A DNA stretch of 64,000 nt from Bacteroidales bacterium (GTDB taxonomy: Bacteria > Bacteroidota > Bacteroidia > Bacteroidales > JAADJA01), in NCBI GenBank assembly GCA_016783885.1, contig JADHVR010000006.1, positions 6,539-70,538 of the forward strand, given 5' to 3'. Of this stretch, positions 34,101 to 41,722 are shown piece after piece. The translations under genes and the position numbers were made by a program. Position 1 is the first letter of the stretch. Every line of letters begins with the position of its first letter. A model generated the notes under the pieces. That model was given only the letters and a program-made list of their open reading frames with translations, searched no databases and was not told the DNA's origin.

Positions 34101-35447
34101 TGTGTTAGAACCATTCCAGTTAGTAGCTGTTAAAGTTACCGAATAAGTTCCTGGTGTATTGTAAAAAATGTTTTCTGGGTTTTGAACATCAGAGGAAGAA
34201 GGACTGCCACCAGGAAATGTCCATGACCAGGAATTTGGTGTATGTTCTGTAAGGTCGGTAAAACAAACACAACTGCCGGTTAAAACAGTTGTAATATTAG
34301 CGGTAAAATCGGCGACCGGATCCTCGGGTGGTTTAACACCTGTAAGAGCAGCCTGGTAATTAGAATAATTATGTGTTCCCGGATGTAAATTCGATACAAA
34401 AAAATATCCGTTATATAAACCGCCCCAACCCCAGTTAAAATGAAAATGGGTATCATTTTGATAACCGTCGCAAACAAAGGCATGTCCGCCGCTACCAGAA
34501 CCACTGTAATACATAGGCATTAAAGCATCTAATTCGGTTCTTAAAAGATTTTCCCATTGCGAAGTTGAATAATCATCTTTATACTCAAGTGATGCTCCGG
34601 ACGAATATCCGAAATAATTCATTAATGCCGGACCTACGCTTTCTGAATAAGCTCCCGAACCATTCGGGCCATACATCATTTCTACAGCTACTCCGCAATG
34701 ATAACCGGCTTGTGCAATTTCAAAATTATGGTCTGTAATATAATCCGGCATATCGTCCCAGTTATAAAAAGTAGCTCCGAAATCCGCAAATAAATAACCA
34801 TAAGAAGAATTATAACCATGCGAACCTGTTCCCTGCGGAGGATAATTGTGATATTTCATCACCTGCACCATAGCCACAGCTACACAACCGACCCTGGCAC
34901 GTCCGCAAGCGCCGCTGGGATCATTAGGGCATAATTCATTGTAAAAACAATCCTGGTCCCACATTGTGTTTACTAATGGTTCAACATTGTTCAAGGGCGA
35001 TTTGTCAGGTTTTTTACTATATTTCTCCCATGCTTTACTGATTTTCGAATTGCTTTTTAGCTGATTATCTTTAACATAAATTATTTGTTCTTTATAATCT
35101 TCTATCCATTCGGTAAAAGCAGGCGGTTGATCGGAATTATCATAAGTGCCTTCAAATGAATAACCAAGAACAGGATAAACATTATCTTCGGCTGAAATTA
35201 TCACAAAACCATTATCACCGATTATATTAAAAACATAAATAACAGGAGTTCCTGCCTCACTGCTTATTATAATTTCATTTGCAAATACGATATTATTGTA
35301 TTTAACATCCCTAACCTGGTTAACTCTCTCGTAAAAAAGATTTTTACCAATTAGCTTTGCCTTTTCTACAGAAACTTCAGCAGAAAAAACCATATTGCCG
35401 GCAAATAGCAATATTAAAAACAACGAACTTAAATTTTTCATTTTCAT
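31131..35447 (-). CDS. Large multidomain peptidase C10 family protease (PKD-like repeats, beta-rich modules, T9SS CTD)
   Basis: 1438 aa. Signal peptide, VGCVAVAMVQVMKYH (Cys), GGHAFVCDGYQ (His), HFNWGWGG. Several PKD-like repeats (ADFTA..V..G..V.FTD.S...P.SW.W.F.GG.P). C-terminal T9SS sorting domain (LSPNPSNGTFYI...GLYYLKL...RFIIQ). Confidence 0.85.
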   Translation of the reverse strand: MKMKNLSSLFLILLFAGNMVFSAEVSVEKAKLIGKNLFYERVNQVRDVKYNNIVFANEIIISSEAGTPVIYVFNIIGDNGFVIISAEDNVYPVLGYSFEGTYDNSDQPPAFTEWIEDYKEQIIYVKDNQLKSNSKISKAWEKYSKKPDKSPLNNVEPLVNTMWDQDCFYNELCPNDPSGACGRARVGCVAVAMVQVMKYHNYPPQGTGSHGYNSSYGYLFADFGATFYNWDDMPDYITDHNFEIAQAGYHCGVAVEMMYGPNGSGAYSESVGPALMNYFGYSSGASLEYKDDYSTSQWENLLRTELDALMPMYYSGSGSGGHAFVCDGYQNDTHFHFNWGWGGLYNGYFFVSNLHPGTHNYSNYQAALTGVKPPEDPVADFTANITTVLTGSCVCFTDLTEHTPNSWSWTFPGGSPSSSDVQNPENIFYNTPGTYSVTLTATNWNGSNTITKTDYITVTNDALPVADFDVDETNACVGETFSFVDLSLNTPDEWEWYFVPNTVTFVNSTNANSQNPQVQFNEAKVYSVTLTVSNANGSNTITKSNLINSGGLTLPFAETFEVGTFKDYWTIENPDGNITWDGYYKLSGNLPSRKAAWMNFYEYTSTGQRDRLITPLLNFAGHTTVNFKFTHAYAIYNSTRKDSVIIYISTDCGTSWERIFEAGEDFATHSPTTSEFVPSSPGDWCGAGYGDDCHTIDLSPWAGYADVKIMFESYNGHGNMMYIDDIIIYDNDVYADFTADVTVLSPGESVNFTDLSTGTVNSWEWIFDGGTPSVSNEINPVNIVYEVPGIFDVTLTVSNDSCTDTKIKESYITVNSDGPYIVQQSYEINDNSGNGNGLMDYGESILLSLGMQNVGAQQANNITVELSTDDEFITITDNIEYYGNIPSNEIISIADGFAFNVSELIPDGHNVLFDVTATDGTNNWISNFIIEAHAPNIEFGALLVSDPTGNNNGRLDPGETADIIITTTNAGSSDAINSIGNLSTTNGDVTVNNATYNFGTLPSCETDYAVFNVTVDASAQIGTTVDFCYIFSSGLYTALNYYYETIGLIVEDWETGGFGQFNWTFGGDSPWTITSSNAYEGTYCAKSGAIGDMQSSILSLTYEVMADDTISFYKKVSSEEDYDYLVFLVDNIIQEKWSGNESWSKAAYPVSAGEHTFEWVYIKDWSVSNGSDCGWIDYIVLPPASILTVNAGADATICAGYTFTCSGNAANYTSLLWTTSGTGTYDDNTILNPVYTPGIEDINAGSVILTLTAYDGQGGDLSDDMTLTIAPVPVVDLGNDTSICCYNTITLDAGNPGATYIWSTGETTQMITVDSTGVGIGSETFSVIVTNSNNCQGSDSITVTFDECTYIPEKQNNYNITLSPNPSNGTFYITIRRLKGNFKMYVLNSFGQVVYNESVNCTSEKYIKKLNLSELTKGLYYLKLINNDIIHVERFIIQ

Positions 35448-35677
35448 AATATTGTAAAATTAAATATTAACATAATCCGGGAATGAATTCCCGGGAGTAT
35501 TTTTAAAAGTCTCAAATTCATCCAAAATAATTGTTTACGTATATTACAAGACAAATGATAAAAAAATATGGTTGCAAGTTGTGGGCAATAATTAATGCTT
35601 TACGGTCTGAGGTTGTCTTAAAAGCCTGAAAAACTTGATAGCGAAGCGAATCAATATAATTCATCCGATAACTTGCC

Positions 35678-35710
35678 AAACCTCACAGGTTTGGCAAACC
35701 TGTGAGGTTT
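35678..35710. repeat. Perfect 15-bp-arm palindrome (REP-like)
   Basis: AAACCTCACAGGTTT-GGC-AAACCTGTGAGGTTT. Shares the 10-mer ACCTCACAGG with the right end of the nested RayT element (23328-23337). Confidence 0.85.
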
Positions 35711-35853
35711 AATTTAACAAAGGGAAAATCCATCTTCGACTTGCTGTGTTTTTCCCAATCTGAAACATGAAAAATAAATAAAATATTAATTTGTTTGCAA
35801 AAGTTTATTATATTTGTTGAATTAGTATTAATTTTGAACAAAATATTTATGCG

Positions 35854-36066
35854 ATGCCAACTCTATCAGTTGAAATAAATAGTGAAATTAAATCATTAAA
35901 CCCTGTTTATTTGAAAGAAGTATATGATTTTATTCAATTTCTTAAAGAAAAGCAAAGGAAAGAAAGTGATACTGAATACCTAAGTAATATTCCGGGTATG
36001 GTTGAGTCTATTATTGAAGAAGATAATAAGCCTTTGAGTGACTACAGTAAAGAATTGGATTGGTAA
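35854..36066 (+). CDS. Type II antitoxin (DUF2281-like), partner of YoeB/Txe toxin
   Basis: 70 aa. ...YLKEVYDFIQFLKEKQ resembles DUF2281 antitoxins. Its stop overlaps the toxin start (TAATG). Confidence 0.6.
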   Translation: MPTLSVEINSEIKSLNPVYLKEVYDFIQFLKEKQRKESDTEYLSNIPGMVESIIEEDNKPLSDYSKELDW

Positions 36067-36329
36067 TGTACTCAATATATTTTTCCCCTTTATCGAAGAA
36101 AGATGCCAAAAACATTTCTAAATCAGGGTTAAAAAAGAAGGCTGAGAAATTATTAGAAATTATTAAAAAAGATCCTTACGCATATCCCCCACAATTTGAA
36201 ATTTTAAAAGGTGAGCTTAAAGGATATTTGTCCAGACGAATAAATAAGCAACACAGATTAGTTTATAAAGTTCTTGAAGAAGAAAAAATCATAAAAGTTA
36301 TTAGGATGTGGACGCATTATAGTAAATAA
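36066..36329 (+). CDS. Txe/YoeB-family type II toxin (mRNA interferase)
   Basis: MYSIYFSPLSKKDAKNI...DPYAYPPQFEILKGELKGYLSRRINKQHRLVYKVLEEEKIIKVIRMWTHY matches the YoeB signature (SRRIN.QHRLVY ... HY). Confidence 0.8.
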   Translation: MYSIYFSPLSKKDAKNISKSGLKKKAEKLLEIIKKDPYAYPPQFEILKGELKGYLSRRINKQHRLVYKVLEEEKIIKVIRMWTHYSK

Positions 36330-36339
36330 TATCCGCAGG

Positions 36340-36715
36340 TTTAAGTTTGTAACCTAATCTTTTATTCCAGGCGAAAACACATTAGACATAGCAAGTCGGG
36401 GAATGATTGTGCGCCGGAGATTTGTCCGGTCTAAAAAATCAGCGAGAACTTTTCAACAAAGCAAGTCCCCTCCTTTGTGTCCATCCTCAACTTGTTGTGT
36501 TTTGACATCATTAGACACGCCAAGTCGAGGTAAGCCTGTGTGGCAGGGACTTGGCTTGTCGAAAAAATCTTCGGGCTTTTTCGGATAACAAACGCACTAT
36601 GGCTGCACTCAATTCCGAAAGAGCTATCCTCTTTCGTCTCCGCTCACACTCGTCTGACCACTGCCTTGTGCGCCTGGCTTTTGCGCAGTGGTCTGACGAG
36701 TCACAAATAAAACCT
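36340..36715. repeat. Non-coding mosaic of interspersed repeat motifs and long hairpins
   Basis: Two copies of ATTAGACA-YR-(C)CAAGTCGRGG. Complementary CAAGTCCC / GGGACTTG segments. GACTTGGCTTGTCGAAAAAA is related to 4467-4480. A 45-nt repeat is shared with 46780-46827. A 17-bp hairpin ACTCGTCTGACCACTGC (36648-36664) / GCAGTGGTCTGACGAGT (36685-36701) has 1 mismatch. Confidence 0.7.
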
Positions 36716-36718
36716 CAC

Positions 36719-37459
36719 TCACCGGTACAACCTCGACTTATAAATACCAAACCTGGCAAACAAATGCCGTACTGATACTCCCATTACTCCCATACCATAT
36801 TTAAAACTACGACTAAAGTTAATTGATGAGGCTTCTTTGAAATATTTTGTAGGGCATGTAACCTCGGCTATATCATATCCGGCATAAAGTATTTGGGAGA
36901 GCATTTGATTGTCAAATACAAAGTCATCGGAATTTATTTTGAAATTGATATTCTCAAGAACCTCGCGCGAAAATGCCCTGTATCCCGTATGATATTCCGA
37001 TAGCTTCTGCCTGATGAATAAATTTTGAATTAAAGTAAGAATACGGTTAGAAATATATTTATAAACCGGCATTCCACCTTTTAAAGCTCCCCTGCCTAAA
37101 ATCCTTGAACCTAACACAACCTGGTAAACATCATTTGCAATCAGGTAAGCCATCGAATGGATCAACTTCGGCGTGTACTGGTAATCGGGATGAAGCATAA
37201 TAACTATATCGGCTCCAAGTTCAAGGGCTTTGTTATAGCATGACTTTTGGTTTCCGCCATATCCTTTATTTGAATCATGTCGGATAATATGTTTAATGCC
37301 CAGCTTTTTGGCAACCTCGGAGGTATTATCCCAACTAAAATCATCCACAAGGATCACCTCATCCACAATATCAAATGGGATTTCATTATAGGTTTGTTCC
37401 AATGTAGATTCAGCGTTATAGGCAGGAAGGACGACTGTGAGTTTTTTATTATTGATCAT
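36719..37459 (-). CDS. Family 2 glycosyltransferase
   Basis: ORF 36719-37549. Likely start MINNKKLTVVLPAYNAE (ATG at 37457-37459). The DxD region VILVDDFSWD is typical of GT2 / dolichol-phosphate-mannose-synthase-like enzymes. Confidence 0.8.
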   Translation of the reverse strand: MINNKKLTVVLPAYNAESTLEQTYNEIPFDIVDEVILVDDFSWDNTSEVAKKLGIKHIIRHDSNKGYGGNQKSCYNKALELGADIVIMLHPDYQYTPKLIHSMAYLIANDVYQVVLGSRILGRGALKGGMPVYKYISNRILTLIQNLFIRQKLSEYHTGYRAFSREVLENINFKINSDDFVFDNQMLSQILYAGYDIAEVTCPTKYFKEASSINFSRSFKYGMGVMGVSVRHLFARFGIYKSRLYR

Positions 37460-37724
37460 ATAACAGTAATTGAAATACAGAATTAACCATTTCCGAAGAC
37501 AAAAATCCCAAAAAACAAAATACAAATGACAAATAAATTCCAATATCAAAATACCAAAATTGTTTGTTTTCAGATTTAAAAAATTGTAATTTTCACCTTT
37601 GCGTCTCTGCCTGCCCGACTTCCTGTCCGAAAAAAATTCATCCGGTTGAGTATCATTCCCGTCCGAATGGATTCATCCGGGTGGACAGGCAGGCGTCTTT
37701 GCGTGAAATTCAAACAATACTTCA

Positions 37725-38132
37725 TTAGCCGGAATTGGTAATTGTTACCACAATATTCCTCACACTCCTCGGACCGTCAAACTCGCACATAAAAATATTC
37801 TGCCATGTCGAAAGTCCCATTTTTCCATTGATAATAGGAACCGTTTCACTCGGTCCGACAATACCGGCTTTTAAATGTGCATCGCCGTTCCCGTCTTGCC
37901 TGTCGTGCTCCCAGACCCCTGCCGGTATCAGCTTCTTCAGCAGGTTTATTACATCCGTTTGAACCGACTCATCCCAGTTTTCCTGTATCATAATAGCAGC
38001 CGTGGCACCCTGTACATACACATTGACAAAACCGGACTTTACTCCGCTTTCGGCAACGATCTTTTGAACAGAGTTCGTAATATCGTAAAGACCGTTATAT
38101 TTGTCCGTACTTATTTGAATAGTTTGTTGCAT
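37725..38132 (-). CDS. YjbQ/UPF0047 family protein (secondary thiamine-phosphate synthase-like)
   Basis: 135 aa. GFVNVYVQGATAAIMIQENWD, HDRQDGNGDAHLKA and LSTWQNIFMCEFDGPR match the YjbQ family pattern. Confidence 0.75.
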   Translation of the reverse strand: MQQTIQISTDKYNGLYDITNSVQKIVAESGVKSGFVNVYVQGATAAIMIQENWDESVQTDVINLLKKLIPAGVWEHDRQDGNGDAHLKAGIVGPSETVPIINGKMGLSTWQNIFMCEFDGPRSVRNIVVTITNSG

Positions 38133-38174
38133 ATCTTTCCTTTTCCTTAGCCTCAGCCTTAGCTTTTTATTTCC

Positions 38175-39638
38175 TTAATCCAATTTAAACCAATCCTCCA
38201 CAACTACGGTTTTATCTTCCGGTTCATTCTTATGCCTGAACTCATTTGTATGTTTGTTATAAATATAATCTTTTTCCAATTCCTTAATGTTTGAAACGAT
38301 TTGTTTAAGGGCATCCACAAAAGAATAAAGTTCCTCGTTTGTCATTGTCGGATGTAAAGAAAGCCTCACCCATCCGGGTTTCTCTGATAAATCGCCTGAG
38401 TTTATCTTGTCGGTTATCTCATGCGAATATTCATAACTTACATCCAAAAGAAAGTGCCCGTAAGTCCCGGCACAGGCGCACCCGCCCCTGACCTGAATTC
38501 CGAATTTATCATTAAGAAGCTTAACAATAAGATTATAATGTATATTATCGATATAAAAGGAGATCACTCCAAGCCTGTCTTTAATATTATCAGCAAGGAT
38601 GTGAATTCCCGGCACTTTCGGTAATTCCTCAAAAGCAATTTTCACCAGCTCTTCTTCTCGCTTTCTAATATTAACCGTTCCAATCCGGTTTTTTAATTCT
38701 ATGCATAAAGCTGTCCTGATTGCTTGCAGGAAACCGGGTGTACCTCCATCTTCACGTGCTTCTATATCATCAAGATATTTATATTCGCCCCAGGGATTGC
38801 TCCAGTCAACCGTTCCACCACCGGGCTGATCCGGTGCATGACTTTTGTATAATTTCGAATCGAAGACCAAGACGCCCGAGCTACCCGGACCGCCAAGGAA
38901 TTTATGAGGTGAAAAGAAAATGGCATCCAATTTTTCCATCGGGTCTTCGGGATGCATGTCAATATCGCCATAAGGAGCAGAAGCAGCAAAATCAATAAAG
39001 CAAACACCTCCGTATTCATGCATCAATTTTGCCATTTGATAATAGGGCGTAAAAATTCCTGTAACATTGGAACATGCAGTAAACGAGCCGATCTTAACTT
39101 TACGATCTTTATATTTCTCAAGTAATTCCCTGAATGCATCCAAATTGATGAGCAGGTCTTTGCCAGGTGGTATCTGTACCATGTCAGTCATAGTTTCGAA
39201 CCAGGGAGTATGATTGGAATGGTGCTCCATGTGAGTGATGAACACAACGGGTTTTTCCTTTTCTTTAAGACATTCTTCTCCATAGATTTGGGAACAATGC
39301 TTCAATCCTAAAATCCGCATGAATTTATTAATACCGCCTGTCATCCCAAATCCGGAAGTAATGATCACATCATCAGGCTCTGCATTAACATGGTCTTTTA
39401 TTTTTTTATGAGCAAGGTGGTATGCTTTGGTCATCAAGGTTCCGGTTTCCGAAGTCTCGGTGTGGGTATTTCCAACAAACGGACCGAATGTATTTGCAAT
39501 TTTATCCTCGATAGGTTTGTAAAGTCTGCCGCTTGCAAGCCAGTCTGCATAAACCATTTTTTGCTTGCCGTAAGGGGTATTAAAAATCAGTTCATTACCG
39601 ATTGTATTCTCGCGAAACTTCCTGAAATATTTTTCCAT
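38175..39638 (-). CDS. Class V aminotransferase-fold PLP enzyme (cysteine desulfurase / lyase-like)
   Basis: ORF 38175-39665. Likely start MEKYFRKF. PLP-lysine context FFSPHKFLGGPGSSGVL. THMEHHSN motif. Confidence 0.75.
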   Translation of the reverse strand: MEKYFRKFRENTIGNELIFNTPYGKQKMVYADWLASGRLYKPIEDKIANTFGPFVGNTHTETSETGTLMTKAYHLAHKKIKDHVNAEPDDVIITSGFGMTGGINKFMRILGLKHCSQIYGEECLKEKEKPVVFITHMEHHSNHTPWFETMTDMVQIPPGKDLLINLDAFRELLEKYKDRKVKIGSFTACSNVTGIFTPYYQMAKLMHEYGGVCFIDFAASAPYGDIDMHPEDPMEKLDAIFFSPHKFLGGPGSSGVLVFDSKLYKSHAPDQPGGGTVDWSNPWGEYKYLDDIEAREDGGTPGFLQAIRTALCIELKNRIGTVNIRKREEELVKIAFEELPKVPGIHILADNIKDRLGVISFYIDNIHYNLIVKLLNDKFGIQVRGGCACAGTYGHFLLDVSYEYSHEITDKINSGDLSEKPGWVRLSLHPTMTNEELYSFVDALKQIVSNIKELEKDYIYNKHTNEFRHKNEPEDKTVVVEDWFKLD

Positions 39639-39762
39639 AAACGTTCTTGTTTTGAAACTGTACAAATTTATGAAAATTCTGTTTTCCTAATAATTCATGA
39701 AAAATCAATTCTATTTTGTTTAGTTTTGTTTGGGTTTTATATAATACAATAAAAGAAATCCT

Positions 39763-40311
39763 TTGAATTTTAATATTTCATACAGAAGTCTTGATAAGCA
39801 GTTATTTGAACAGTTGTTTAGGGATTATTTTACCCGACTTTGCAACTTTGCCCAAAGTTATATTAATGATTTGGATACAGCAAGAGAAATAGTACAGGAA
39901 GTATATATAAACCTCTGGCAGAAAAAGGAATCAATTGACACGGATAAATCCATAAAGTCATATTTATACGCTTCGGTAAAAAACAGATGCTTAAATTATA
40001 TAAGAGATAACAAAAAATTCAGGAGCTATGTTCTGGATGTGGAAATTGCCGATTTTGAAGTAACTTTTGAAAGTGATGCTTTTACAGAGTCTGAATTACA
40101 AACAAAAATAAATAATGCACTCGGCAAACTGCCTGAAAAATGCCGGCAGGTTTTTCAGCTTAGCCGGTTCGAAGAATTAAAATATAAAGAAATAGCCGCT
40201 AAACTCAATATTTCAGTTAAAACAGTGGAGGCTCAGATGTCGAAAGCATTAAAAATACTGAGGGAAGAATTAAAAGATTATATCATAGTTGTTTTATTGA
40301 TGATGATCTGA
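39763..40311 (+). CDS. ECF-type RNA polymerase sigma-70 factor
   Basis: 182 aa with a TTG start. Region 2 (AREIVQEVYINLWQK) and region 4 HTH (LKYKEIAAKLNISVKTVEAQMSKA). Confidence 0.85.
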   Translation: MNFNISYRSLDKQLFEQLFRDYFTRLCNFAQSYINDLDTAREIVQEVYINLWQKKESIDTDKSIKSYLYASVKNRCLNYIRDNKKFRSYVLDVEIADFEVTFESDAFTESELQTKINNALGKLPEKCRQVFQLSRFEELKYKEIAAKLNISVKTVEAQMSKALKILREELKDYIIVVLLMMI

Positions 40312-40394
40312 TAGGAATTGCAATTTAAAATTTGAAATAAAAATAAATCATTTAAGGGTAAGTCCTGTTTTATGTGTATCTTTTAGGAGAAATA

Positions 40395-41411
40395 ATGGAA
40401 AACGAAAATAAACATATCGACTACACTGAATTGATAAGCAAATACCTTGCAAATGAAGCAAGTGGGGAAGAAATCGCTTTGCTTGAAAAATGGGTTATAA
40501 AGGATAAAGCAAACAAACAACTTTTTAATAATTATAAGCAAACCTGGATTTTATCCCGTGCCGATCAATCGGATGATAAGGTTGATATAGACGAAGAATG
40601 GAACAAAATACGGTTAAAATTATTCGGAGATAAAACAGAAGAAATTGAAACCGGACAAAACGAAAAGCAAAGAAAGATAATTCCGTATGTTTTAAAAATA
40701 GCCGCAGTAATCGTAATTGCATTAACAGCTTCTTATTTCCTTTATTATTTAATTACGAAACCCGGTACTGAGACTTTTATAGCCCGGGATTCGATTAAAA
40801 CAAGCACTCTTTCCGACGGAACAATTATAACGCTGAATTATCATTCAACATTAACATTTCCAAAAAATTTCGATAAAAAAATAAGAAAAGTTAAACTCGA
40901 AGGCGATGCTTTCTTTGAAGTTGAATATAATAATGAACAACAATTTATTATTAAAACTCAGGATGTCAAAATCGAAGTTCTAGGAACTTCTTTTTATGTA
41001 AATTCCCGCCAACAAGACCCCACGATTGAAGTTGTGGTTAATATAGGTAAAGTTGCTTTAAGAACTCAAAATAACGAACAAATTATCTTAACAGCAGGTG
41101 AGCGGGGTGTTTTAATAAAATCGAGCGGAGAATTATATGAAAAAAATAATGATGATGTGAACTATATCTCATGGAAAACAAAACGATTGGTATTTGAAAA
41201 CAATGAATTGTCTGAAGTGGTTCAAAAAATAAATGAAACATATTATGCCGATATTAAAATTGTTAATCCTGAGATAAACAGTTGCAGGATTACTACTACA
41301 TTCGACAATAAATCACTCGATGCTGTATTAAATATCATTCGGGAAACACTGGATTTAAAAATTGAAAAACAAAACAATACAATTTTCGTTTCAGGAGAAG
41401 GGTGTAAGTAG
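40395..41411 (+). CDS. FecR-family anti-sigma factor
   Basis: ORF 40374-41411. Cytoplasmic N-domain, single TM (IAAVIVIALTASYFLYYLI), periplasmic FecR domain (L.DG..I.LN..S.L.F, FFEV, V.VLGT.F.V). Confidence 0.8.
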   Translation: MENENKHIDYTELISKYLANEASGEEIALLEKWVIKDKANKQLFNNYKQTWILSRADQSDDKVDIDEEWNKIRLKLFGDKTEEIETGQNEKQRKIIPYVLKIAAVIVIALTASYFLYYLITKPGTETFIARDSIKTSTLSDGTIITLNYHSTLTFPKNFDKKIRKVKLEGDAFFEVEYNNEQQFIIKTQDVKIEVLGTSFYVNSRQQDPTIEVVVNIGKVALRTQNNEQIILTAGERGVLIKSSGELYEKNNDDVNYISWKTKRLVFENNELSEVVQKINETYYADIKIVNPEINSCRITTTFDNKSLDAVLNIIRETLDLKIEKQNNTIFVSGEGCK

Positions 41412-41454
41412 TTTAGTTATAAGAAGTAAGAGCCAAGATGCAAGATACAAGATT

Positions 41455-41606
41455 GAGTCTACTCCGAAAAGCAAAAAAAATAAAAAATGCCACAAAAACA
41501 CCAAGACACAAAAACCCACAAAACAAAGATAATCAATTGATTAATTTTAGTGGGATTTAGTGATTTTGAGCTTTAGTGGCTAAAAAATACTTTTCGGAGT
41601 GGACTC
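41455..41606. repeat. Inverted-repeat-bounded ~150-bp intergenic element
   Basis: GAGTCTACTCCGAAAAG (41455-41471) versus CTTTTCGGAGTGGACTC (41590-41606), 1 mismatch. The interior is an A/C-rich low-complexity tract. Confidence 0.7.
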
Positions 41607-41662
41607 AAGATTAAAGTAAAAAGAAATCAGAACTTGAAACTTGACCCCGAAAGTTTTCGGGG

Positions 41663-41718
41663 GAAACCTGAAACCTGAAACCTGAAACTTGAAACTTGAA
41701 ACCTGAAACTTGAAACCA
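41663..41718 (+). repeat. Eight tandem heptamers GAAAC(C/T)T ending 5 nt before the TonB-receptor start codon
   Basis: GAAACCT x3, GAAACTT x2, GAAACCT, GAAACTT, GAAACC. Preceded by hairpin CCCCGAAAGTTTTCGGGG and two further GAAACTT-like units. Confidence 0.9.
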
Positions 41719-41722
41719 TTTA

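Noticed and set aside
36403-36775. Track ORFs 36403-36588 and 36551-36775 (61 and 74 aa).
   Set aside because: They lie in a repeat and hairpin mosaic. Their composition is Arg/Ser/Cys/Pro-rich as expected from GC-rich non-coding DNA, they overlap each other, and the second overlaps the glycosyltransferase 3' end. There is no coding signature.
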